Positions 13,241-26,830 of a stretch of 64,000 nucleotides of DNA are shown here, piece after piece. The stretch comes from the human T2T-CHM13v2.0 reference genome, Homo sapiens: the NCBI GenBank assembly GCA_009914755.4, contig CP086569.2, positions 23,040,001 through 23,104,000 of the forward strand. The letters run 5' to 3'. Under the pieces are notes generated by a model. That model did not search any database. It was not told the origin of the DNA and saw nothing but the letters and a program-made list of their open reading frames with translations. Positions within the stretch are counted from its first letter, which is position 1; every line of letters starts with the position of its first letter. The position numbers and the translations under genes were made by a program.

Positions 13241-14090
13241 AGTGTTTAGAATCATCAACGTCTTTAAAGTGGTTAGCATATCCAGAACAAACAGTGTGTC
13301 CAGGTAAGAAGGGGCTACCTATGGGGAGTGATTAGCCACTCCTGTAGGTCAGTCTATTAAGGCTGTTTGATGTATTTTACAGTATTTATCAAGACAGTGC
13401 TTAGTGAATAAATATGCAATAAATGATAATCATATATTCAAAATTAGTGTTTCCCACATGTTTCAGCTGGGTTTGTTTTCATGTGATCATATCGTTTCTT
13501 CATGGAGTAGTCATAAGAATACTCAGTTGAATGCTCAGTTGAACCTTGGAGGAAACATGCATCACTATTTATATAGCAAAAATAACTGAAGTAAATTGTT
13601 TGTTTAGTGTCTCCTGGCTCTGCTAAAGTCACCAGAATAATTGCAGCTTAAAAGTTTATCATAGAGAGTATATATTTGAATCTAAGCATATTTATGAACA
13701 ATGAAAATGTCTGCATAATTAATAACAGTAATATAAAAGTTTGTGGGAATTTGCTGGAAATCAAATGTCAAAGGTAGACTCGGAGACTAAGTCATTTAGA
13801 AAAGAAAATAAATTCATTTGCAGAAAATTATTAATTGGAGTTCAGATTTTAACAGAACTTGCTCTAAAATTAAAAAAATGGCTAGATATTTAATTTATCA
13901 AATTTGTAATGTTCATGATAGACAATAACTTCTTTGAATTGCCAAATTAGATGATATTCTCCCATTTCTATATATCAACATTTCAAAGGCCAAGATAAAG
14001 TTATTTTTGTTAGGGAGTCAGTAACTTACAGAAAAGCTCAGGGTTTTATTTAATTTTTGGACTAGAACTAGACAGAATGAGTCTGTTTTG

Positions 14091-14108
14091 GTTGTTGTTG
14101 TTGTTGTC
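14091..14108. repeat. (GTT)n microsatellite
   Basis: gttgttgttgttgttgtc. Confidence 0.9.
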
Positions 14109-14199
14109 ATTGTGGTTTACCTTAAGGAAAATGAAGCATTTAAAAATTTTTTCCTTGTGTGGAATATGATGTAAACCCTTATTGCTTTAAATGGAGTAG

Positions 14200-16028
14200 G
14201 GTAAGGTGATACAGTATTACCCTATGAGAGGTGACAGCGTGCTGGCAGCTCTCGCAGCCCTCGCTCTAGGTGCTTCCTTGGCCTCCACGCCCACTCTGGC
14301 TGCACTTCAAGAGCCCTTCAGCCGGCCGCTGCACTGTGGGAGTACCTCTCTGGGCTGGCCAAGGCCGGAGCTGGCTCCCTCAGCTTGCAGGTAGGTGTGG
14401 CGGGAGAGGCGCCTGTGGGAACTGGGGCTGTGCGCCGCCCTTGCAGGCCAGCAGGAGTTCTGGGTCGGCGTGGGCTTGGCAGACCCTGCAGTCAGAGGGG
14501 CTGGCCGGTGCTGCTGGCCCCAGGCCAGCAGCTGGGTTTAGCACCTGGGCCAGCAGCTGCGGAGGGTTCACCAGGTCCCCCAGCAGTGCCAGCCAACCAG
14601 CTCTGCGCTGGAATTCTCGCTGGGCCTCAGCTGCCTCCCTGCAAGGCAGGGCTCCGGACCTGCAGCCCGCTATGTCTGAGCCTCCCCTGGCCCCGCTGTG
14701 GGCTCCTGAGCTGCCCAAGCCTCCCAAATGAGCACCACAAGCGCCGCTCCCTGCGCCATGGCAGCTGGTCCCATCTACCGCCCAAGGGCTGAGGAGTGCA
14801 GGCACACAGGGGACTGGCAGGCAGCTCCACTTGCGGCCGGGTGTGGGATCCACTAGGTGAAGCCAGCTGGGTGCCTGAGTCTAGTGTAGGCTTGGAGAAC
14901 TTTTATGTCTAGCTGGAGAATTGTCTATGCACCAATCAGCACCCTGTGTCTAGCTCAAGGTTTGTAAATGCACCAATCAGCACTCTATATCTAGGTAATA
15001 TGGTGAGGACTTGAAGAACCTTTATGTCTAGCTAAGGGATTGTAGATATCCCAATCAGCACTCTGTGTTTACTTCAAGGTTTGTAAATTCACCAGTCAGG
15101 ACTCTGTATTTAGCTAATCTGGTGGGGACTTGGAGAACATTTATGTCTACCTAAGGGATTGTAAATACACCAGTCAGCACTCTGTCTAGCTCAAGGTTTG
15201 TAAACACACCAGTCAGCACCCTGTGTCTAGCTCAAGGTTTGTAAATGCACCAATCAGTGCTCTTGTGTCTAGCTAATCTAGTGGGGACTTGGAGAACTTT
15301 TATGTCTAGCTAAGGGATTGTAAATACACCAATCAGCACTCTGTGTCTAGCTGAAGGTTTGCAAATACAACAATCAGCACCCTGTGTCTAGCTCAAGGTT
15401 TGTATATGAACCAGTCAGTGCTCTGTGTCTAGCTAACCTAGTGGGGACTTGGAGAACTTTTGTGTCTAGCTCAGGGATTGTAAACGCACCAATCAGCACC
15501 CTGTCAAAATGGACCAATCAGCTCTCTGTAAAATGGACCAATCAGCTCTCTGCAAAATGGACCAATCAGCAGGATGTGGGTGGGGCCAGATAATGGAATA
15601 AAAGCAGGCTGTGGGCACCAGCAGTGCCCTTTCCAGAGGGGGGAAAGTGTGTTTTTTTTGTCTTTGCAATGAATCTTGCTGCAGCCAACTCTTTGGGTCG
15701 ACACTGCCTTTATGAGTTGTAACACTCACTTCAAAGGTCTGCAGCTTCTCTCCTAAGGGCATGGAGAACACGAAACCACCAGGAGGAACGAACAACTCCA
15801 GATGCACTGCCTTAAGAGCTGTAACATTCAGTGTGAAGGTTTGCAGCTTTACTTCTGAAGCCAGCTAGACCACAAACCCACCAGAAAGAAGAAACTCCAA
15901 ACACATCTGAACATCAGAAGGAACAAACTCCGGACACGCTGCCTTTAACAACTATGACACTCACCACGAGGGTCTGCGACTTCATTCTCGAAGTCAGTGA
16001 GACCAAGAACCCACCAATTCCGGACACA
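14200..16028 (+). mobile_element. Solo LTR12-family LTR (HERV9 LTR), sense orientation
   Basis: A GC/CpG-rich U3 start (14200-14870) is followed by the diagnostic array of ~41-bp units '…ctagctcaaggtttgtaaatgcaccaatcagcactctgtgt…' (14880-15490). Next come 3× 'aaaatggaccaatcagctctctg', then 'caggatgtgggtggggccagataatggaataaaagcaggctg' (poly-A signal at ~15596). The R/U5 tail '…gttgtaacactcac…gaggtctgcagcttc…gagaccaagaacccaccaattccggacaca' ends ~16028. This matches the LTR12 consensus almost word for word. Confidence 0.9.
14880..15575 (+). promoter_or_regulatory. LTR12 U3 tandem repeats carrying multiple CCAAT-box ('caccaatcag'/'ggaccaatcagc') motifs
   Basis: At least 12 copies of 'accaatcag' are seen in the array. 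In LTR12 these are the known NF-Y-binding enhancer/promoter repeats. The poly-A signal aataaaag lies downstream at ~15596. Confidence 0.7.
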
Positions 16029-16631
16029 CTTAACAGACATTGTGCTAGGCACTTTATTCACTTATCTGTAATAAGACCGTGATGTTCACAGGGCACTATT
16101 TACTCATTGAATTTTAGAATTACACTAGAGGTGGAGTTTAACTTCCGTTAGTAATACATTAGGCTTAGTAAATAATTTAGTGAGCCCCTTGAGAATGATC
16201 TAAGATGTGAGCACCTAATTGTACCAGATGTATGGTCAATATTATTTCCTGTTGGAGACTCACGATGAGATTACAGAGAAATTAGAAACTAATTAAACAT
16301 ACAGGACCAAAGTTTTCATTCCCTAGTTCAAACTCACTTGTAAATTTTACTTTAAGATGCAGAAATAATTTCTTGCTTTGAAGAATCTGTTTCTCTCTCT
16401 TTCCTTCTCTTTCAGTTTCTCTGTTTCCCTCTCTTGTTTCTCTATTTGCCTCTCTCTCTCCCTGCCGCCCCCACTCTTTATGTTATATGCTAGCAAAAGG
16501 ATGACACAAAGATCGATGTTCTCTAAAACAGATATTGCCTGTTTGAAGAGCTAAGAACAGCCCAATCAAAAAATAAACTAACACTGATTTTTCAAAAAGC
16601 CATACATAGCATCAGTGATGAGGACATCTTT

Positions 16632-16932
16632 TTTTTAATTTGTTTTGTGTTTGAGACAGAGTCTTGCTGTGTCTCCCAGGCTAGAGTGGAGTGGTGCAGT
16701 CTTGGCTAACTGTAAGCTCTGCCTCCTGGATTCGCGCCATTCTCCTGCCTCAGCCTCCCGTGTAGCTGGGACTACAGGAGCCTGCCACCACACCTGGCTA
16801 ATTGTTTGTATTTTTAGTAGAGATGGGGTTTCACCGTGTTAGCCAGGATGGTCTCGATCTCCTGACATCGTGATCTGCCTGCCTCAGCCTCCCAAAGTGC
16901 TGGGATTACAGGCATGAGTCACTGCACCTGGC
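16632..16932 (-). mobile_element. Alu SINE (antisense, AluS/Y-like)
   Basis: A poly-T tract is followed by gagacagagtcttgctgtgtctcccaggctagagtggagtggtgcagtcttggctaactgtaagctctgcctcc…cccaaagtgctgggattacaggcatgagtcactgcacctggcc. Confidence 0.9.
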
Positions 16933-17204
16933 CGAAGACATCTTGTTTTTGTTATTACGGCTGTTTCATTCAAGAAACTGAAAGTTAGGACAAGATTTAT
17001 TTCCACGTATATAGGTAAGAGCTGCTCAACACAATCAATGGATGTCTACACTAATTTGAATGAAAAACGCAGGACTCCATTTAAATGGAAATATGGTAGT
17101 TTAAAATAAAAAAAGCTGAAGTTTTAAGCATTCCAATTCACAATGTGAATTGAGTCTTTTTTATATAAAATGAGATAATGTAAGCAAGACACTTCTGTTT
17201 TAAT

Positions 17205-17335
17205 TGTTATTGCTATTGAGGTTATCATCCCTGTTCTTGTTAATGTTACTTTTAATTTTCTGTTTTAATTGTTATTGCTACTGAGGTCATCACTGTTCTT
17301 GTTAATATTGCCTACTTTTAATTTTCCTGTATAGG
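17205..17335. repeat. Local ~65-bp tandem duplication (2 copies)
   Basis: 'ctgttttaattgttattgctattgaggttatcatccctgttcttgttaatgttacttttaattttc' is followed at once by 'ctgttttaattgttattgctactgaggtcatcactgttcttgttaatattgcctacttttaattttcc'. Confidence 0.8.
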
Positions 17336-18174
17336 CTTTAGTCTAACACTTTTGTACCAAATGCTTGCTTGGCAAAACTATTTTTTTTTTAGGTAAAGAG
17401 TATAAAAGTTAGTGTATCAATAATGCTGCATAATTACCCTTAACGAAACTTGGTGGCATTTTCTAGTAAGCATGTATTTTTTGCCTTTGTAATTGCAGAT
17501 AAAGAGGGATTTTTTTACTCTTCTAAGCTTAGTTGGACTTGGTTTTGTCTCAGTAGAGTCTGATGTGTTCTCTTTAAACCTGCAGCTAAGTTATTTTCTA
17601 CTTGTAAAGAAGAGCAGGAAGGCCAAAGGATAAGTTCAATTGCCAAACACATTTCAAGACCTTCCTTGTTTCGCATGTCTGAGCATTCCATTGGCCCCTA
17701 ACAGGAAACAAGCAACAGGAAAGCAGAAATTTGCCATGGAAAGTATGAATATATGCTAAGCAATAGGACTATTAATTTTAAATAATAAGCTGTTAGGTGA
17801 TTTTTATTCTGTGAACAATTAGATTGCAGGTGACTTGTACATGTTAGCTTTATACTAGAAATCCATACCCAGAAAGCTTTCTCACTTGCTCCTGATTTTA
17901 GAGGTGTTCAGTTGTCACATCTTTTTCTCACTTCCACTGGCTGTATTCCTCCACTCTTCTAACCATTCTCCTACTTATTTTAGAATCAAAGTGAATTATG
18001 TCTTGCCTGTCAGAATTTATTAATCTTGGATCCTGCAATTATAAAGATTGTTACATATCTTTCTAGTTCTTTTGGCATTATTATTATGGGAAAATGTATA
18101 CCTTTTTGAAAATTACTAAAGTGAAATAATTTTATAACATAATCCATTTTACAATAAGAAATGCCCTCTCTCAA

Positions 18175-18188
18175 ACACACACACACAC
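18175..18188. repeat. (CA)n microsatellite (short)
   Basis: acacacacacacac. Confidence 0.8.
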
Positions 18189-18661
18189 TGAAATATTCTG
18201 CGTGGCAAATTTATTATAATTCAAGTTAACATGAAATATTAAATTTAATTTACATGGTTAGTAGGGATTATGGTTTGTTAAATACAAGGTAAGCAGATAT
18301 GTTAACTTTTTTTTCTTTTTGTCACAAAATTGCCAAATGTTCCAAAGTATTAATACACATTATCATATATCTGAGATTCCATATGACAAATTTTGACATT
18401 AGTTCATCTTTTGATCCAAAAATTTCTTCCTATTTTAATAAGATACACACTGGAACTTTATCTGTTCTGCACCTTTTTAAGACTCCTTTTAATAACAAAC
18501 TAAAAATTAAAATGTATAATTAACATTATTGCTGGTATAGTCTCAATTTTATAAATAGGTGTTCTGTTCTTTAAACGATGATGTATGATACACAGGGAAC
18601 AGGATATCCTGGAGCTTTTATTTTATCTTATATATAGATATATATATCTATATATAACACA

Positions 18662-18948
18662 TTTTTGAGACAGAGTCTTAACTGGGTCACCCAGGCAGGA
18701 GTGCAGTGGCACAATCCTGGCTCACTGCAATCTCCAACTTTGGGTTCAAGTGATTATTCTGTCTCAGCCTCCTGAATAATTGGACCAAAGGCATTCACCA
18801 CCATGCCCGGCTAATTTTTGTATTTGAAGTAGAGATGGGTTTTAGCCATATTACCCAGGCTGGTCTTGAACTCCTGACCTCAAGTGATCCACCCAACTCA
18901 GTCTCACACAGTGCTTGGATTACAGATGTGAGCCATTGCACCTTGCGT
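18662..18948 (-). mobile_element. Alu SINE (antisense, diverged/older)
   Basis: tttttgagacagagtcttaactgggtcacccaggcaggagtgcagtggcacaatcctggctcactgcaatctcc…cagtgcttggattacagatgtgagccattgcacc. Confidence 0.85.
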
Positions 18949-19578
18949 TTTACTAATTTTCTTTCGATCTTATGTATAGTTGCTGGTAGCGAAAGAGCCA
19001 GGAAGTAATCAACACATCATAGATACACACAACTAAATTTCTGAGAGGAATATATTTCCAATATCAAGTAAGTTACTATAGAAAATTATTAACAAAGTCC
19101 TCATTCAAGAGGATTGCAGAAACCGAACTATGCTTAATGAGATTAGTATCATAATGTGGTACAAAGACACTGAATAAGTTTATATGTTAACATTTTGTTG
19201 TGGTTGCAGGTAGGCTTTCATTGTTTAAACCACCTACAGTGCCCCACTGAAACTTGAATGGCAGTGAGGCAGTCAGGATTTGGAGAAAGGCCTAGCAAGA
19301 ACAATCAGGGCACAAGGACAGAATCCTGGATTTGCCTATGGTGTGCTTTATGATCTTTCACAAGGTAACTGAGAACTAATCAGTGTAGACAGCATATCTT
19401 CTGTCATAAATTAGATATTTCAACCAAATTTATTCTCTTAAATTTATCTGTCCTTACTCTAAGTAGTTAAATCCACTGTATTCAAGATTTAAAATTGAAT
19501 CCAAAGGCTGTTTAATGTTACAAAGAAATATGAAGTTACCTTAAGTTAAAATTGTTCAGTGGATATGGAAATAACTAT

Positions 19579-19887
19579 GGTCTGGCACAGTGGCTCATGC
19601 CTGTAATCCCAGCACTCTGGGAGGCTGAGGCGGGTGGATCATGAGGTCAGGAGATCGAGACCATCCTGGCTAACATGGTGAAACTCCGTCTCTACTAAAT
19701 ACAAAAAATTAGCTGGGCGAGCGTGGTGGCAGGTGCCTGTAGTCCCGGCAAGCTGGGAGGCTGAGGCAGGAGAATGGTGTGAACCTGGGAGGCAGAGCTT
19801 ACAGTGAGCCCAAGGTCACGTCACTGCTCTTCAGCTTCGGCGGCAGAGCGTGAGACTCCATCTCAAAAAAAAAAAAAAAAAAAAAAG
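19579..19887 (+). mobile_element. Alu SINE (sense, AluY-like) with ~23-nt A-tail
   Basis: ggtctggcacagtggctcatgcctgtaatcccagcactctgggaggctgaggcgggtggatcatgaggtcaggagatcgagaccatcctggctaacatggtgaaactccgtctctactaaa… followed by a23. Confidence 0.95.
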
Positions 19888-22669
19888 AACTACCAACAGA
19901 AATAACTACAAACATCTCCCAAAATTATTCTTAATGTTGACATAAATGATGTTATCTCAGGAGTCTATTTTAATGTGTGTTTCAATGATCTCTTCATTAG
20001 AAGCCTCTAGGTGAGAAGGACTCATTGAGTTTCAATCACACAAATATTTCCAGAGAAAGACTTACATTTTCTTTAAAAGCTGTGCTCTTTTACAGTTTTC
20101 ATTGGTGGTAATGAATATCTGACAGTAGAGAACAAATTTTGTAATTCCTAAATACCTGACTAGTAGTATCATTTTTATATATAAAATATTTAGTTTCATT
20201 CATCAGGAATTAATCATGCACCTACCTTAATATCAACCCAGCAAATTTAGAATCACACTGTACCTATAAATATAAACACTGTCCTACTGAAGGTGAGCAT
20301 GCAATCATGCTGATATTGGGTTGCCATCTTTTCCTCTGAAACAACAAAGAGGTTCTGCATGTTATTGCCTTCAACATATGCATTTGCTAGTTTCTGTTGC
20401 CATTGTTAAAAATGACTCATTTGACAATTTTTTAATACTTTCTAGCCTAGAAAGCTTATTAGTGTTACTTGACACAACCATTCAGCACATATTGCTGCTA
20501 AATAGATGATTTGCCACCAAATAATGGAATCTGTAATTTGTAGGAAGAACAAAAAGCTAGGTTCCAGGAATCCCAAAGCAGAAATCCTACTATGCGTTAT
20601 AGTAATTTGGAATTCTGCCTTAGTTTATTAGTGATGAAGAGATTCATAAAGCTTTGTTGGAGATACTGCATCCATGACATTGCATCCAGCAATGTTCTCT
20701 ACTGTCATAAGGGTTACTCAAGATACATACTAGTTTCACTTATTTCACATTTGTACCCATGAATCAGTGACACAACTCTTCAAAATGTGGATTATCTACA
20801 CACAAGACAGAAAGGCTAAGATATGACTGTATACTGTGTTTCAGAAATTATGGATATAATCCTCAAACACATCCAAATGAATATAGTTGGAATAATGGCT
20901 ACCCACTTCTGGGTAAAATAAAATGCATTGTAAATCTTAGCTTTTTAGTTAAAATGTAACTATAGTATTAACCATTTTTGTTCATGCTCTCTTTTAACCT
21001 CATTGCAATGAAAAGAATAGTGGATGGTATACAGACCATCATTCTCCTGCATTTGAGTAAAATTATAAAAGATGATTTATTGCACATTCTTGGAGAAGCA
21101 AATTAATTTTCACAACTTTTCTAGGTTTCTCATTGCCAACGGATCACTTCTTATAAAGAAATAGAAGACAGTTCTGCTGAATTAAGAAAGGACGTATCAA
21201 TTGGTCTCAATTTTTTTCTGTTTTAACTGAGGCCTTATTCGAGGATAGTCAAGATATGCATTGTCTGTTTTTGCTTTATTTTGTTTTGTTTTGTTTTAAG
21301 TTGGCACTGTGGAGCCAGAAAAAGGTGCCTTGCTGCTCAGTTCAAGTTAACAGAGGCTATACTGGTCTTACAGAAGATCCAGAGGGCAGATTGGCCAGGA
21401 AAGCAGTGCTATGGTCATGAGCCATTAAAGTGTTCCCCTCAGGGTGTGTTAATAACAGCTGACGCATTAGAGGGATTCCCTCTAGAGTCATTGGCATTGA
21501 TTTTTTAAGCCTTTTTTCCCCCTGTTGACATACAGAGAGACACAAAGCTAGGGAAGCAATAATTTTACTCTGGTTACTGTAGGTTCTGGTGTAAAATCAC
21601 CAGTCTCGAAAGTCACATGTAAATATGGGACCCATCTGAATAAAGAGTGTTCCTCTTGGGAAATATGCTGTATTATCAAAAGGAGGAGTTTTGTGAACCG
21701 TTAACTATAGTTTAAACTCAGTGTACCGGTTCTTCTGAAGTTCTTATAGTAACAGATTGTAGTGACAATGGTTTCTTTTATTTCAACTCATTGAAGTTCC
21801 AGTTATTCCTTTCTACCAACCCCAAAAATGTATTCTAAAAACTGAAACAAAGTGATGGTACTCTTTTGGAAAAGTCCATCTCCACATCTCTGACCATCCC
21901 CATACCAAGATTTATTTTGACAAAAATAGTTTTGGTGGTACCTCACTGATGGCAATCAATGTATTCAGTTGTAATTTTGTAAAGATTTAGGAAGTTCTGA
22001 TTAGCTCCATCACTGCAGTTAGAAAAGCAGTCTCATCTACATTGTTGAAAAAGAAAGTTATTCGTAGAAAGAGGAGGTGGCTGGCAAGCTCCAACTGGAA
22101 AAGCATTCAGAAGGCAAGAAGGTGAATTAGTGAAGTGGAAAGAGATGTTGAATGAAAATGTACGCAAATTTTTGATGACAAACCATGTAAATCATAGGTT
22201 ATGTACAATCCTAAAGACAGAAGATTGATGGCCCTACATCAACCTTATTGCCAGAGAAAAACAAAAGGAGACACATGCCACTGTAGTCTTTCCTAAAATA
22301 CAAAGTTCCAAAAAAATAAAAATAAACATAGATATAATAAACTGAGAGGATGAGAGTGAATAAGGGACTGATGGTCAATAAGACTATCTGGAAGTCACTG
22401 AAGAAATAAAGCAATAAACAGAAAAAATGAACCATGTTTTAAAAAGCTGCAGGAAGATGATCGGCTCATGCCATATGGTGCAAGTTGGGTTTGCCTGGTT
22501 CAGTTGAAGCCAGAACCTACAAATAATACATGAATAATAGAGATCCATTTCCATTTACACTTCCTGCATGGCACAAATTTTGGCTTTCTTATTTAATGAA
22601 ATAATGCAGTAACAGAGTTCATGATGATGACAAGCTTTAAGTTATGTTTAGCTTTTTGTGACCCCTTAT

Positions 22670-22725
22670 TTCCTCCCTTCCTTCCTTCCTCCCTTCTTTC
22701 CTTCCTTCCTTCACTCCTTCTTTGC
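22670..22725. repeat. (TTCC)n microsatellite
   Basis: ccttccttccttcctcccttctttccttccttccttcactccttc. Confidence 0.9.
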
Positions 22726-23381
22726 TCGTTTTAAATTAGGAGTCCAATTGAACCATGCCTTGTGCTTTCTTTGACCTAACCTACAGTCTTTAAAATATTA
22801 CTGATTGGACCATAATATCAGGTGGCTAAGGAAAGGCAGTGGATAATTCAATTTGATTTAGTTTGTCTTTGGTTTGAAACTTAAGGCCGTGAAATGCTAT
22901 CATCTCCAGCAGCCTAAGTAGGAGTAGTTCCACCACAGAAATAGGTGATAATTAATTTATTTAACGATTCACTTTTGAAGTCTTCAAGAACTTAGTTGAA
23001 ATAAAGATGGTATAGTCTACCAATAAAATGAGTTAAGACTTTAAGATCAATCAGAGGTAAGGCAAAGCTGATGTTGTGTTACTAATTTTCTCTGAGAAAA
23101 TGACATGGAGCAAGATTTGAGACCATCAAAAAACAAACAAAAAATGGTACTTAATTGAATTTAAAAGAAGTTAGATGACTTTAAATTTATTTAAAGATAT
23201 TTAAAAATCTATGTCTGATATCACAAAATTGAATGTTTTATAATGAAATAAACTTGTTTTGAGTTTTAAAGTTACACAACCATACCCACAAATTATTTTT
23301 GTTAGTTAATGGAAAAGAACACAAATTCCACCTATTGACATACTGGAAAAATAATAAAAAGGAATACACAACTTAAGTATT

Positions 23382-23384
<3 letters not shown>

Positions 23385-23412
<28 letters not shown>
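23385..23412. repeat. (AC)n microsatellite
   Basis: acacacacacacacacacacacacacac. Confidence 0.95.
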
Positions 23413-23415
<3 letters not shown>

Positions 23416-24969
23416 TTCTAAGCGATATAGAGAGTTGCTTCTATTTAGGTTGCTTAAAAATGTTTCAAACTTGTGTCTTGTTCTTCTCTTTAAAAATAAA
23501 GAAAAAAACACAGGCAATATAAAAACTAACCAAAATGAAATAAATAAAATTTTTAACAGAAGTGGAGAATAAGTCTGGACGATGTCACTGGGAAATCCAT
23601 GAGGGCTAAACTTGGATATACATAAGATGCTTAGAGAAATGTCTTAAAGCAGTATTTGCAAAGTAAGCACACTGTTTTCACTTACTTTATATGTGATACA
23701 TTGGGCCAAGAGTTGGGGGAGAGCCACTGTTTGTCCCTGCACTGATCCTCAGTCACAGGCTATGACAGTGGTAGTGAAAATTAGATAATAGGTCTGATAT
23801 AGAACATTCAAATTGAGTGTGAGATAATACACATTTGCAGACCTCAGGCACAGTGCAAAAGTTCCACATTTGCAGTGACTACTATTTTCCTGAAAAAAAA
23901 GTTTATAAATGCTGGGAGAAGTAAGCTGTACCATTACAGATCTGAGACATCTGGAGACGGAAACTCATTATCTGCTGCAAGTCTTGACAGCTGGAACTTC
24001 ACTGATAGCTCATGCAAATATTCCCCTATGGTAACTATGGTTACCAATACTATACTGTAACTTAAAAAACTTGTTCATAGAGTAGATCTTTATTGTTCTC
24101 CCCCAAAACAAAGAAACAAAAAACACACTAAACAGATACCAAACACAATGAAATTATCTTAAAGCGTACTAGAAATAATGATGAATTTCCTATACATGAA
24201 TGGTATAGCAAGAAGTTTCTAAAAAGCAACAATTAAAAATGAAGTAGGGTTATTTCAAGCCATGATCTAAAATAATATTTTTTTAAAAAAACTATCGTTA
24301 AAGTGTGAATGTGAAATAAAGATACTTTATATATACAAAACTTGAAAGGATGTAGTATAGACAGTTTGTTTGATGAAATAATTTCTTAAGGTAAAGTTCC
24401 GGGAAAGAGGAAATTTCATACAAAAGGGAAAATTCAAGAAGTAAGGTGAGTAAAGAAATTAATTAAGAACATATCCTTAAGGTAGCATTAGCAATGTAAA
24501 CAATAACACTAACAATGTGTAATTAAGCATATAGGTAAGGTGCACCTAAAATTCTAAACAATATGATTAGAATTTAATTACAATTTAATTGATAGAGTTT
24601 ATGAGAACAAACAAAATTATGAGCCATATAAAATGAATGTAGTAAAAAAACCTGAAAATTTTCAAGGAAAAGTATTAAATTTTATTGAAGGGCATAATAA
24701 GTGAAAGCCAAAATACACATAAAAATGTGTGCCAGGCAATTGTTAAAAAAATCTTCACATGGTAAGACATCTTTTTCCATATTAATGTATAAATTAAGGC
24801 AATAATAATAAAAATTACAGCAAGATGGTTCGTGCTCATTGACAACCTGATTCTAAATATGTAATTGAAAAGGGGTGGGACTCATCTAGGCAAATTTGTA
24901 GTAAGTGCGGGAGAACAATGGAATGGAAGAGGAAGATGGAAAAGAGGACTCTTTTATTTATTTATTTAA

Positions 24970-25260
<291 letters not shown>

Positions 25261-25665
25261 GAGGACTCCGTTTAATAGTGCACACTTTTATACAGCTATT
25301 TCTGAATATTATAGTATGGAAAAACCTATTGCAAATAGAATTAACCCGGAACTAAGTACAGTATTATGACAGAAGTTACAGTCTAAGCAATGCTGAAGTA
25401 ATGCAGTAATATCTTAATATCCTAATGCAATAATACCCTAAGAAAAAAATTGAAGGCAAATGGGGTAAACATATTTGTTAATGACATATAAAAATAAATT
25501 GTTATGTCATAGTTTACAAAATAGTAAATAGATGAGGATTTTAAAAATACTTGTAAACACCAAAGCTGCCAAATTGCTAGAAGAAAATATTAGAGAATAA
25601 TTTATACTATCAGAAAAATACTGTTAATAACATTTAAAAGGATTTGATAAAAAATAAAAATTTTA

Positions 25666-26187
<522 letters not shown>

Positions 26188-26714
26188 TTAACAAATGCAT
26201 GAAAAAATTAAGACCACAATAAAGGGCCATTTTTTAAATCCATGATATGGACTAAAATTGAAAAGTCAAACATCAAGTGTTGACAAGGGTATGGGGAAGC
26301 AGGAACCTTAGTATTTAATACACTGTTGCTATGAATTGACATGGTAACTTCAGAGAGTTCTGTAGCCAGGCTTGATAAATTTGGAGACAGGCACACCAAA
26401 TTACCAGGAACTTTTATTTCTTGATATACACTACAAAAACACTTTCATATGTTTATTAAAAAGAAAACAGGACAAAATGTTTTGGAGTTAAGAAGAAATC
26501 ATGGAAAAATATTAACTGTCAATGGAGAGTATGTGTAAAAAATCGCTTTTCTTTCACATAGTGGAATGTAATACAGTGGTTGAAATGAATGAAGTAGAAC
26601 TGTCAGTATAAACATATGCAATTTCAAAACTATAATAACAAGTTTGAAAACTACATTGGAAAGGGATATATTTGGTGTGAATACTTATATACTCTTTAAA
26701 TGCCTCCAAAGCAA

Positions 26715-26830
26715 AAGTATATATATACACACACACACATATATTTGTATACATTTATACATTTGAATACATTTGTATACATTTATACATATGTTAATAT
26801 ATGTAAAAATATATATATTTATGGATAAAT
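26715..26830. repeat. TA/CA-rich low-complexity
   Basis: atatatatacacacacacatatatttgtatacatttatacatttgaatacatttgtatacatttatacatatg. Confidence 0.7.

Noticed and set aside
14206-14853. Cluster of 135-157-aa ORFs on both strands in three frames (14270-14731 +, 14380-14853 -, 14385-14792 +, etc.)
   Set aside because: They all lie in the GC/CpG-rich U3 region of the LTR12 element. Mutual overlap in multiple frames, Ala/Gly/Pro/Arg-rich low-complexity translations and no homology indicate GC-content artefacts, not genes.
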